NCBI GenBank assembly: GCA_016840165.1
Contig: JAEOSU010000091.1
Coordinates: 1 to 33,832 of the forward strand
Source of the DNA: Promethearchaeota archaeon
Lineage (GTDB): Archaea; Asgardarchaeota; Lokiarchaeia; Sigyniarchaeales; SOKP01
Length of the DNA: 33,832 nt
Reading direction: 5' to 3'
The first letter of the stretch is position 1; each line of letters begins with the position of its first letter. A program made the position numbers and the translations under genes. The notes beneath the pieces are model-generated. The model searched no databases and had not been told where the DNA came from. It worked only from the letters and a program-made list of their open reading frames with translations. Positions 18,282 through 26,966 of the stretch are shown here, in pieces.

Positions 18282-20630
18282 TTATGAATTGTCCTTATAA
18301 TTGTATCTACTAAGTTTATATATTTCTTGAGCAATCTTTTTTCCAATACCATCAATCTTTATTAAATCGCCGATATCGGAATTGAAGATCTCTTGAAGTG
18401 TCTTCAGTTCTTTAAGCAGGTTTTTAGCACGAAGAGAATTTATTCCTGGAATCCCAGCTACAATATATTCTAAAAGGTGGGATGTTTCGATTGGTTTTTT
18501 ATCAAATCTTAACTTTGGCTCTCCTTGAGAAAATGTATGCTCTTTCTTTGCTAAATTGTATATAAATTTAGCAGATTCATCAGGATCCTGGGTCTTGTAG
18601 ATGATAATTCCCAGATTCAAAATAATTGATGTGAGTGCTCCATAAAGAGCATTCTCATTGAAGCTTGAATTAAGAAAGGGATCTCCTTCTAAAATTAAGA
18701 TTGGTCTTTCAAAATTGTTTTTTAATTCAAATAATTCTTTAAATAATCGGCCATCCTTGATCGAATCGTTAAAATCTTGTGCTGATTTTCGCTCTATTCC
18801 AACTCTATTAGAGATTATATAATCACCAAGCTCGAGTTGCTCTAACTTGAGTTGGACACCTAATAAAGACAGATTTCTAACCACAGCTGAAGCTGTTTCC
18901 CTATGATCACATATAATACTGAATGTCTCAGATTCTTCTACACCTCGCTCTTCAATATCACTAACAGTTTGAGGAACTTCGCTGGGTTTTGAATTATTTT
19001 TCTCCTTTTCTTTTATAAAATCGAATATATTAGCTTGCCCCTTCTTTTGAGAGCCTTCTTGACTTTTCATAGATTTAAGAGATTCTCTCATTTTAGTTTC
19101 TTTCCTTTTTTCTGCCCAATAATATCCTTCATCTCTTGTACCTTCAGCCATTAAAATGTAAACTTTTCCTTCCTTTTTCCTACCTGTACGACCTCGTCGC
19201 TGTATAGATCTTATTGCGCTCGGAACTACGTCGTAAAATACTACTAAATCACATTCAGCAATATCCAAACCCTCTTCCGCCACACTTGTGCCAATCAAGG
19301 TGTTATAAACCCCATCTTTAAAATCTTGTAATAATTGAATTTGTTCTTTTTGGGTCAATCCTTTATCAGCAGATTTAGACTGTTGCCCCACAAAGCGATG
19401 CACCTTTATTAACTCATCTTTTTTGAGATGTTTTACAATATTCTTAACCGAATCTCTAAAGTGGCAAAAAACTAGAATCCTTGATTCGCTATTTTCATTA
19501 ATCTGTGTATTTAATATTGATTTTAATTTTTCAATTTTTGGATGAATAATTCCTTTCTCTTTAATCGTTTCAGTAAGCTCAATCAGACGCTTAAAGTCCC
19601 GATCACTAAACAACTCTTTTAAAGACTTATTTGCTGTATTTTTTTTAATTTTTTCTTGATTTTTTTGGATATAATCATATAATGCATTAATACCTTGAGT
19701 CTCGATTAATTCACCCATATGAGAGAGTCTAATCGCATTTGAGACTAATTTTTTAGCTTTAAAATATTGAAATTTTTCATTTTCCTCTCTAGTGGATGAG
19801 ATTTTACTGTTTATTTTTCTATTGAGGGAGAGTAGATCCTTTCTGGTAACCTTATTGACGTCTGAAGTTCCTAAGAGATCAATTTCTTTTAACCATTTAT
19901 AGATGGAACGTAATTTTTCCATCAATACAGTGTTTATCTCTATGAATTCTTTAGGAAGTTTGATTTTAATCCATTCATTATCCACTCTATGAATATATGG
20001 CTTTACGTCTTTATCTTGATCTGTTCGAATCTCTAGATGATCGATATATAAATTATTTTTAATCTCGTTAATTTTACCTTCTGTGGAACCAGGACTCGCG
20101 GTTAAACCTAATATTTGAGCGTTTTTTACAGATTCTATATATTTTTGAGCAATGAAACCGTATGCATAATCTCCCACAGCTCTATGGCATTCATCAAAAA
20201 TTATTAAACTTACATCATTAATTGGATATAATTGTGATATTATATCATTTTGTAGCACTTGGGGTGTCATAAAGGCAACTTTAACCTCACTCCATATTTC
20301 TTTTCGCTTATCGGGAGAAATTGTTCCTGTTATCGGTTGTAAAAACTCGATTGGAATTTTCGTTAAGTCAACAAAGGATCGATAATGTTGTTCTACAAGT
20401 GGTTTTGTGGGTGCTAAAAATATAATTCTCGAATTAGGATATTCTGTTAACTTATGAACTGCCAACATTAGAGCTATGATAGTTTTTCCCAACCCTGTCG
20501 GAATTACTACCAGGCAATTATGTTTTAAACAATTAATAAAGATTTTTTCTTGATAAGTTCTTCTTAAAACTAAATTCTCTTTAATTAGTGGATGAGATAC
20601 ATAATCGTCTTCCTGAGCTTCCATAAGCAT
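18282..20630 (-). CDS. hef: Hef helicase/nuclease (FANCM-like SF2 helicase + ERCC4 nuclease + HhH)
   Basis: PTGLGKT, DECH, LTASPG, TSVAEEGLD, QRRGRTGR; GDY-x7-ERKSAQD nuclease motif; two C-terminal HhH motifs. Confidence 0.95.
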   Translation of the reverse strand: MLMEAQEDDYVSHPLIKENLVLRRTYQEKIFINCLKHNCLVVIPTGLGKTIIALMLAVHKLTEYPNSRIIFLAPTKPLVEQHYRSFVDLTKIPIEFLQPITGTISPDKRKEIWSEVKVAFMTPQVLQNDIISQLYPINDVSLIIFDECHRAVGDYAYGFIAQKYIESVKNAQILGLTASPGSTEGKINEIKNNLYIDHLEIRTDQDKDVKPYIHRVDNEWIKIKLPKEFIEINTVLMEKLRSIYKWLKEIDLLGTSDVNKVTRKDLLSLNRKINSKISSTREENEKFQYFKAKKLVSNAIRLSHMGELIETQGINALYDYIQKNQEKIKKNTANKSLKELFSDRDFKRLIELTETIKEKGIIHPKIEKLKSILNTQINENSESRILVFCHFRDSVKNIVKHLKKDELIKVHRFVGQQSKSADKGLTQKEQIQLLQDFKDGVYNTLIGTSVAEEGLDIAECDLVVFYDVVPSAIRSIQRRGRTGRKKEGKVYILMAEGTRDEGYYWAEKRKETKMRESLKSMKSQEGSQKKGQANIFDFIKEKEKNNSKPSEVPQTVSDIEERGVEESETFSIICDHRETASAVVRNLSLLGVQLKLEQLELGDYIISNRVGIERKSAQDFNDSIKDGRLFKELFELKNNFERPILILEGDPFLNSSFNENALYGALTSIILNLGIIIYKTQDPDESAKFIYNLAKKEHTFSQGEPKLRFDKKPIETSHLLEYIVAGIPGINSLRAKNLLKELKTLQEIFNSDIGDLIKIDGIGKKIAQEIYKLSRYNYKDNS

Positions 20631-20782
20631 TAAACAGTAATCTGAATCATTTTATATGAATTTCAAAATTTTAGACGTTATAAAGTTAATGAGTCAATCA
20701 AATCTCTTAAATTGTATTAATACCTTTTTAATAATATATTTTTAAATTTTAGTAGATATTAATCAATTTCCTACTAAGATAT

Positions 20783-20855
20783 GCGCGAGTGGTTTAGTGG
20801 CTATAACGACACGCTCACACCGTGTAGGTCGGGGGTTCGAATCCCCCCTTGCGCA
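20783..20855 (+). tRNA. tRNA-Val(CAC), intron-less, CCA not encoded
   Basis: Acceptor GCGCGAG/CTTGCGC, D-loop AGTGG, anticodon arm ACACG-CTCACAC-CGTGT, T-arm GGGGG-TTCGAAT-CCCCC, discriminator A. Confidence 0.95.
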
Positions 20856-20962
20856 TTTCTTATATTAATTTTATTCTTAATCCTCAAAAGAATGGTAAGA
20901 ATCATAAAAGTTTTATTTTATTGTACATTTCACACAATAATTACTAATTTTTGGAACTTGTT

Positions 20963-21265
20963 ATGTCTTCTTTTTTAGAGTCTCGTGAGCTAAGAGAAAA
21001 ATATAAAGAAGTTAGAGAATATATTAAAATTGGTTCTATCTTTCTAACTCGATATGAAAAAGCAAGAATTACGGGAGCAAGAGCATTACAGTTGAGTTAC
21101 GGAGCTCCTTTATTGATTGAGAAACCTAGAGATATGATTGATCCTATTAAAATAGCCCTATTGGAATTAAGAGCGGGTATCTTACCATTAACAATTAGAA
21201 GAGAACTACCATCGGGTGAGTATCAGGATATCCCTATCAGTAAATTGATATTAAAAAAAGATTAA
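20963..21265 (+). CDS. rpoK: DNA-directed RNA polymerase subunit Rpo6 (K)
   Basis: [22 protein letters not shown]...DPIKIA..EL....[11 protein letters not shown]; ATG at 20963 preferred over TTG at 20951. Confidence 0.95.
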   Translation: MSSFLESRELREKYKEVREYIKIGSIFLTRYEKARITGARALQLSYGAPLLIEKPRDMIDPIKIALLELRAGILPLTIRRELPSGEYQDIPISKLILKKD

Positions 21266-21277
21266 CCCTCCCTTTTT

Positions 21278-21739
21278 TTATTGTAGACGATATTTTCCTC
21301 TTTCTGTAAGAAAATAAACAAACTGGTCTCCCACTTTTTCTGATTCAATATAACCTTTCTGGTTTAAACTTTTTAAAATTTTCTCCAAATCTGCCTTTCT
21401 ATAAGGTTCGATTCCTAAAGGAATTCTACTCTGATTTGCCACAATTGCAATTCGAGATAGGAACATTCTTCCACTGATAAAAGATTCTAGTATCGTTAAT
21501 TCATCATTTGATAGCCTTTCGAACTGATCATGTTTTAAATATTGTTCTTTTAGAGTCTTTGCTAAATCCAAAGTTTCTTGGCTAACTTCTTGTTTTTGTA
21601 CATCAACATGCTTTAACTGCACAAGATCTTTTGCCACCGGTGCTTTTTTCTCTTTCGCCATTTCTTCTATATAATTCCGTATTTTATCTTGTTCGCTGGG
21701 CTCTTGTTTTGAAGGGTGTTCATCTTTTTTCTCTTCCAT
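21278..21739 (-). CDS. Hypothetical protein with C-terminal winged helix
   Basis: LEKILKSLNQKGYIES...VYFLTERGK wing motif; charged low-complexity N-terminus. Confidence 0.65.
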   Translation of the reverse strand: MEEKKDEHPSKQEPSEQDKIRNYIEEMAKEKKAPVAKDLVQLKHVDVQKQEVSQETLDLAKTLKEQYLKHDQFERLSNDELTILESFISGRMFLSRIAIVANQSRIPLGIEPYRKADLEKILKSLNQKGYIESEKVGDQFVYFLTERGKYRLQ

Positions 21740-21784
21740 AATAATACCATAAGGAATTTAATTATAAAAATTTATATTTAAATA

Positions 21785-22354
21785 ATGAAAAAAATCATTG
21801 AGATTAAAAATGGGGAACAAGTTATCATAAGACATATTGATGAATCGGATATTGATGGTGTCTGGGATAATTTTAATGAAGTTATCGATGAAGGAATTTA
21901 CTTGCCCGTTTTATTCCCTGTAAAATCTCAATATGAAAAACATTCATGGTTTAATTCATTAAAGAAAGAAAACGAGATTTGTATTGTCGCTATTCATCCT
22001 GAAAAAAAAGCTCCAAAGAATATTTTAGGGCAATGTGAAATATCTAATTCAGAATGGGATGCAGCTATTCATATTGGTAAATTAGGAGTAATTGTAAAGT
22101 CAGATTTTCGAGACATAGGGATTGGATACCATCTAATTGATTTTGCTATACGAGAATCAAAAAGATTAAATAAAAAAGAAAAAATTACGCTTAGTACATT
22201 TACTGAAAATCAAAGAGCACTCCATTTGTATAAAAAGATGGGGTTTAACACCGTTGGTATTAGGAAAAAGCAATTTTTTATGAATTCGAGATATTATGAT
22301 GAGATATTAATGGAATTATGGATTAATGATTACTTAGAAAAGAACAGCGATTAA
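21785..22354 (+). CDS. GNAT family N-acetyltransferase
   Basis: VKSDFRDIGIG acetyl-CoA motif and NQRALHLYKKMGF. Confidence 0.9.
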   Translation: MKKIIEIKNGEQVIIRHIDESDIDGVWDNFNEVIDEGIYLPVLFPVKSQYEKHSWFNSLKKENEICIVAIHPEKKAPKNILGQCEISNSEWDAAIHIGKLGVIVKSDFRDIGIGYHLIDFAIRESKRLNKKEKITLSTFTENQRALHLYKKMGFNTVGIRKKQFFMNSRYYDEILMELWINDYLEKNSD

Positions 22355-22378
22355 TGTAAGAGCTAATATGGATAGTTA

Positions 22379-23818
22379 TTATGGAAAACGAGTTCGCTTT
22401 TCATAATTCTCTTTACTTTTAACATCAAGAGGATTTTCATTTAGGAAGATAAAATTTAAGTTCTTTAAGTCTTCAATATCATTTAAATCAAAATTATTGA
22501 TTTGATTGCGCTCCAAAAATAATATTATAAGACTTTTAAGATTCTTCAAGCCCTCTATCTTAGTTATTTGATTTTTATCTAAGAAAAGTTCTTGAAGATT
22601 AATCAAATTATCTAACCCTTCGATTTTAGTAATATTATTTTTAGAGATTTCTAAGTGGGTAAGATTATAAACATTTTCAAGATTTTCTAATTTGGTAATA
22701 TTGTTATTTGAAAGGTTAAGGACTTTAAGCTTCATCAGCTGATCTAACCCTTCAATCTTTGAGATGTTATTTTGATTTAAATTCAAAGAAATTAGATTTA
22801 TTAAATTTTTGAGTCCAGAAATTTTCTCTATATGGTTATTCGATAAGTTTAATGTTTTTAGATTTTTAAGCTTTCCAAGATTCTTAATTGTTTTGATTTG
22901 ATTTGAACTCAAATTAAGTTGTTCTAACTCTATAGCCCCACTTAAATTACCTATTTCCTTAATTTGATTTTTATTAATAAATAGCTTTTTAAGATTTTTT
23001 AAAGATAAATTTTCAACCTTACTGATTTTATTACCACTTAGAATCAGTTCCTCTAAATTATTTAAATGATCTAAATTTGAGATTTTTTCAATCTGATTAT
23101 CAGCTAAATTGAGATACTTTAGATTACTTAGCAAATGTAATCCATTTATTTTCGATATTCGGTTTCTTTTCAATATAAGATGCTCTAATTGATATAATTT
23201 TTCAATTCCTGGTATCTCGGATATAGATGTTAAACTTGCTCCCTCACAATTTAATAAAATTATTATACCCTCTTTTAAAGTAACATTATATCCACATTCT
23301 TCTTTATAATAATTAAAAAGGATAAGGTTGCAGCATAATTTTATTAACTGATCACTTTTAATCGATTTCTGCTCCAAAACATATGAATAATTCGAATAGT
23401 CCCTCCGATCACTTTTAATAATGTTTTTAACCATTTTTTCGAAGTAATCATAGATTATGTTATCAGATTTTTTCAGATTGAATTTAGCTAATAGTTCCAA
23501 CGCGAAAAATTTAAGATATATGTTCTCTCCAGAATTTAAAACATATTCGAGAAGATTTATTACTTTTTTGTTTTGAAAATAATTATTCTCCAGAATCTGC
23601 CCCGATAATAACCTTAAGGTAATATCTTCATCTGATAAGAATATTTCTTCCAAAAATTTATAATTCTTTCCTTGCTCTAGCTCACCATATAATTGCAAAG
23701 CTTCTCTCCTCAAATTTGAATCATTCGAATTGCTAATCCATTTTTTCAAGTGAGCTTTTGCTTCTTTCACACCAATTTGAGAAATATTTTCCCTAAGATA
23801 TTGCGGATTGAAACCCAT
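22379..23818 (-). CDS. SDS22-like leucine-rich repeat protein with N-terminal helical (HEAT-like) region
   Basis: About 12 repeats of LxxLxLxxNxIxxIxxL, mostly 22 aa long. Confidence 0.9.
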   Translation of the reverse strand: MGFNPQYLRENISQIGVKEAKAHLKKWISNSNDSNLRREALQLYGELEQGKNYKFLEEIFLSDEDITLRLLSGQILENNYFQNKKVINLLEYVLNSGENIYLKFFALELLAKFNLKKSDNIIYDYFEKMVKNIIKSDRRDYSNYSYVLEQKSIKSDQLIKLCCNLILFNYYKEECGYNVTLKEGIIILLNCEGASLTSISEIPGIEKLYQLEHLILKRNRISKINGLHLLSNLKYLNLADNQIEKISNLDHLNNLEELILSGNKISKVENLSLKNLKKLFINKNQIKEIGNLSGAIELEQLNLSSNQIKTIKNLGKLKNLKTLNLSNNHIEKISGLKNLINLISLNLNQNNISKIEGLDQLMKLKVLNLSNNNITKLENLENVYNLTHLEISKNNITKIEGLDNLINLQELFLDKNQITKIEGLKNLKSLIILFLERNQINNFDLNDIEDLKNLNFIFLNENPLDVKSKENYEKRTRFP

Positions 23819-24090
23819 TTCTAAATCTAATAAAATTAAAGGCTGTAGATTTATTATATTATTATAATTCGTAGTGGCATTTGAATCTTATAATTGTAAA
23901 AACAATATTCGAAAAATCAATTCAATTGTAGTTCAAAATTTTATTTTTTTTTTATAACAAATTTTGCTCAAAAATTATATAGCATACATTGGAACATTAA
24001 ATTAAATGTCAATACTTAATTAGAAAGATTGTATTTTTAAAGAAATTGATAGATTTCTTTTTGTAATGCCTTATTTTAGTTTTTGTATTA

Positions 24091-24104
24091 AAAAAATTTA
24101 TAAA
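24091..24104 (+). promoter_or_regulatory. Putative BRE/TATA box for lokiactin
   Basis: AAAAAA followed by TTTATAAA about 160 nt upstream of the ATG; the AT-rich context makes this uncertain. Confidence 0.35.
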
Positions 24105-24265
24105 TGCGAAATATATTATATTTGTAATTTTAATTTGTTATAATTTATCGATATTATTATACATATAAAAAAAATTATTATTGATAAAAATATAAAAATT
24201 AAAAAAACCATTTGGAATATAAATCATAAAATCAATTAAAATTAAAAATTATAAGGCAGAAAAAT

Positions 24266-25411
24266 ATGGCAGAAGAAGAAAGTTTTTTAAACGCTAAGGC
24301 TTTAGTCGTAGACAATGGTACTGGTATTTCCAAGAATGGTTTCGCAGGTGAAGATCAACCTCGATCTGTTTTTCCTACGCTAATTGGGTATCCAAAATAT
24401 GAATCTATAATGACTGATGTAGAGCATTATACTCGAGAATATTACATCGGTGAAGAAGCCATGCAATTGAAAGGCGTCCTCAAATTAATGTTCCCTGTCG
24501 AGCATGGTATTATAGAAGATTGGACTGCGATGGAAAAAATTTGGCATTATACCTTTTATACAGATTTGAGAATTGATCCAAGTGAGCATCCCGTTCTTTT
24601 AACAGAAGCACCCTTAAATCCAAGACCTAATAGAGAAAAAATGGCCGAAATAATGTTTGAAACATTTAATGTGCCTGCTCTCTATGTCGCAATGCAAGCA
24701 GTATTATCTTTATATGCTTCTGGTCGTACTACTGGATGTGTTATAGATATTGGAGATGGAGTATCTCACGTTGTCCCAATATTTGAAGGATTTGCTTTAA
24801 GTCATGCAATCCAGAGAATAGATCTTGCTGGACGTGATATCACCACCTATTTACAAAGATTATTACGTCAAAAGGGTTATTCATTCACTACTTCCGCTGA
24901 AAAGGAAATTGTGCGAGATATTAAAGAGAAATTATGTTATGTCGCCATTGATCCAGAGAAAGAAATGATGCTCTCCAAAAAAGTTGCCGGAATGGAAAAA
25001 AGTTATATGCTTCCAGACGGTGAAACCATTAATGTTGGTGTAGAGCGCTTTTTAGCCCCCGAATGTTTCTTTAATCCATCCGTAATTGGAAAAGAATTAG
25101 AACCATTAGACGATGTGATTGTGGGTTCAATTTCAGAATGTGATGTCGACCTTCGTCGAGATCTCTATAGCAATATTGTACTTTCTGGCGGTTCTACAAT
25201 GTTCCCAGGAATTAAGGAACGATTAACCAAAGAAATCAAAGAACAAATCCCAGAATCCGTTGATGTTAAGATTATTGCCCCACCCGAACGTATGTATTCT
25301 GTATGGATTGGTGGCTCAATCTTGAGTTCATTAAAGACATTCCATAGAATGTGGGTAACAAGGCGAGAATATAAAGAGATGGGACCACAAGTCATCCATA
25401 GGTGCTTCTAA
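24266..25411 (+). CDS. Lokiactin (eukaryote-like actin)
   Basis: [80 protein letters not shown] and C-terminal HRCF. Confidence 0.98.
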   Translation: MAEEESFLNAKALVVDNGTGISKNGFAGEDQPRSVFPTLIGYPKYESIMTDVEHYTREYYIGEEAMQLKGVLKLMFPVEHGIIEDWTAMEKIWHYTFYTDLRIDPSEHPVLLTEAPLNPRPNREKMAEIMFETFNVPALYVAMQAVLSLYASGRTTGCVIDIGDGVSHVVPIFEGFALSHAIQRIDLAGRDITTYLQRLLRQKGYSFTTSAEKEIVRDIKEKLCYVAIDPEKEMMLSKKVAGMEKSYMLPDGETINVGVERFLAPECFFNPSVIGKELEPLDDVIVGSISECDVDLRRDLYSNIVLSGGSTMFPGIKERLTKEIKEQIPESVDVKIIAPPERMYSVWIGGSILSSLKTFHRMWVTRREYKEMGPQVIHRCF

Positions 25412-25412
25412 A

Positions 25413-25481
25413 GGGCTAAATTTCAAAGCCCAATTCAAAAACCAACTTTTTATTTAAGCATTTTATTTTTTCTTATTTTTT
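25413..25481 (+). terminator. Short hairpin plus oligo-U tracts downstream of lokiactin
   Basis: GGGCT-9 nt-AGCCC (25413-25431) followed by several T4-T7 runs. Confidence 0.5.
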
Positions 25482-25635
25482 ACTCATAAAACTTGACTTA
25501 AACTTTTGTATTCATATTTTCAATAATTTTCTTCTCTTAAATTCTCAAGCATATATAGGTGTTGTTATACCTAGATACTTAAAGTCATATTACCTTAAGA
25601 TCATTAAGAAATAATAAAAAATTCGAGTCCATGTT

Positions 25636-26427
25636 ATGAAATTATATCTGAAACAAAGTCATTATAGGGATGAAACCCCATGTTGCGCAAATTTATTATA
25701 TGAGCGTGGTAAACTCTTAGAGGGAACTGCTCGAGATGATTATGCAAGTGATGACTGGGCTTATTTGGATTTTCCAATAAAATGGATGTATGCAAATGGA
25801 TTTGAGGCACCAATGGCTGAAATAAATTATCAAGAATTACATATTAAACATCCCAATGACGCTCAATGGGCTATAATTGATAGTCAAGGAGAATACTTTA
25901 AAGACAATCCCGTTCATTATCCTGCAAGTCCTTCAGGAGAAATTTTTGCAGCAATGTCACTTGTTCGAAATCTTAAAGATGAGAACAAGGATTATAATTA
26001 CTTTCTATGGGTTTTTACACATGAAAGGAATCAGTGGAAATTACAAAAAAAAATTGAAATAGATGAATGGTTTCGGATTATGGATTTCAGTTCCGATGAT
26101 AAAACATTATTTCTCTATAGTTATTGGAAGATAATTGCAATATCCATGTTAGATTATTCGAAAAAAAACATATTAGAGGAAAAACACAGCAAGGCATATT
26201 TTACAAATGCTCATTTATCAATGGATAGGAATTTTCTGATTGCAGTCTTTCTTACACAAAAAAAGAAACTCAGATATCATCTTATTGAGTTAACGAATTA
26301 TAAACATATAGTCCTCTCTCGAGGAGTGAATACCGTAAAAGACGACATTTTTGATGTTCCTGATGAGGTAATAATACCCCTTGCAGTGGAGAACGGTAGT
26401 GTATTACTTACCATCTCGAAAAAATAA
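25636..26427 (+). CDS. Hypothetical protein, possibly partial beta-propeller
   Basis: 263 aa ORF with recurring blade-like motifs SPSGEIFAA, FSSDDKTLF and LSMDRNFLIA. Confidence 0.6.
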   Translation: MKLYLKQSHYRDETPCCANLLYERGKLLEGTARDDYASDDWAYLDFPIKWMYANGFEAPMAEINYQELHIKHPNDAQWAIIDSQGEYFKDNPVHYPASPSGEIFAAMSLVRNLKDENKDYNYFLWVFTHERNQWKLQKKIEIDEWFRIMDFSSDDKTLFLYSYWKIIAISMLDYSKKNILEEKHSKAYFTNAHLSMDRNFLIAVFLTQKKKLRYHLIELTNYKHIVLSRGVNTVKDDIFDVPDEVIIPLAVENGSVLLTISKK

Positions 26428-26814
26428 TTATTTCTTCATAAGATACTAATTCTTGGGATCCAAGATTTCTGTCCCTAGTCATACCCTATTCTATAAAATC
26501 TTAAATCCATTTAGTAAAATTTCTATATTAAAAATAAAAAAAAAATATAAATTTAGGTTGAATTATTTCCATTCCATTCCTAAAAGCTTATAACTGTCAG
26601 AAACGCCCATTAATGGTTCTAAGTCATAGGTAAAACTCTCAATAGCCATAAAAGGCATGAAATATTTAGACACTTCTGCCATTGCCTCTTCTGCTTTACC
26701 TCGCTCAGTATAAATAAGATGATATTGCTTTACACCTTTTGTTCCTCCAGGAGTATTAAATACCCTCCATTTACTAACAAAAGGTAACTCTCTAGATTGT
26801 TTCAAATATAATTT
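25639..26814. repeat. Imperfect 18-bp inverted repeat pair (25639-25656 and 26797-26814)
   Basis: AAATTATATCTGAAACAA versus the reverse complement AAATTATATTTGAAACAA, 17/18 identical; both read KLYLKQ in their genes. Confidence 0.6.
26530..26545 (-). terminator. Oligo-U tract downstream of the 102-aa gene
   Basis: A-run on + strand (U-rich on the transcript) 17 nt after the stop; archaeal-type terminator. Confidence 0.4.
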
Positions 26815-26871
26815 TGCTATATCTGGCGCTTTATGAGGTGCATACCATACGGTAATCATGAATAAGCCCAT
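26563..26871 (-). CDS. Small hypothetical protein (alternating beta/alpha pattern)
   Basis: Clean 102-aa ATG ORF with globular composition, a 95-nt upstream gap and a U-tract downstream. Confidence 0.75.
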   Translation of the reverse strand: MGLFMITVWYAPHKAPDIAKLYLKQSRELPFVSKWRVFNTPGGTKGVKQYHLIYTERGKAEEAMAEVSKYFMPFMAIESFTYDLEPLMGVSDSYKLLGMEWK

Positions 26872-26966
26872 TTTTCAACACATTATTAAGTATTTTTTGG
26901 ATTAAAGGTAATATAAAAGTATATTGAGTTGCTATATAAATTTTGACATTTTTATCCAGAATTAGA

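Noticed and set aside
20781-20978. 65-aa ORF in the track
   Set aside because: It overlaps tRNA-Val entirely; the translation is an artefact of the tRNA sequence
22400-23200. 66-bp periodicity resembling a repeat array or CRISPR
   Set aside because: Explained by degenerate LRR coding repeats; there are no identical repeats with unique spacers
24266-25411. Eukaryotic contamination suggested by actin and Rab
   Set aside because: No introns, operonic archaeal neighbours and continuous composition
26451-26465. TCTTGG-GAT-CCAAGA palindrome between convergent genes
   Set aside because: Only a 6-bp stem in a single copy; possibly part of a terminator but too weak to call
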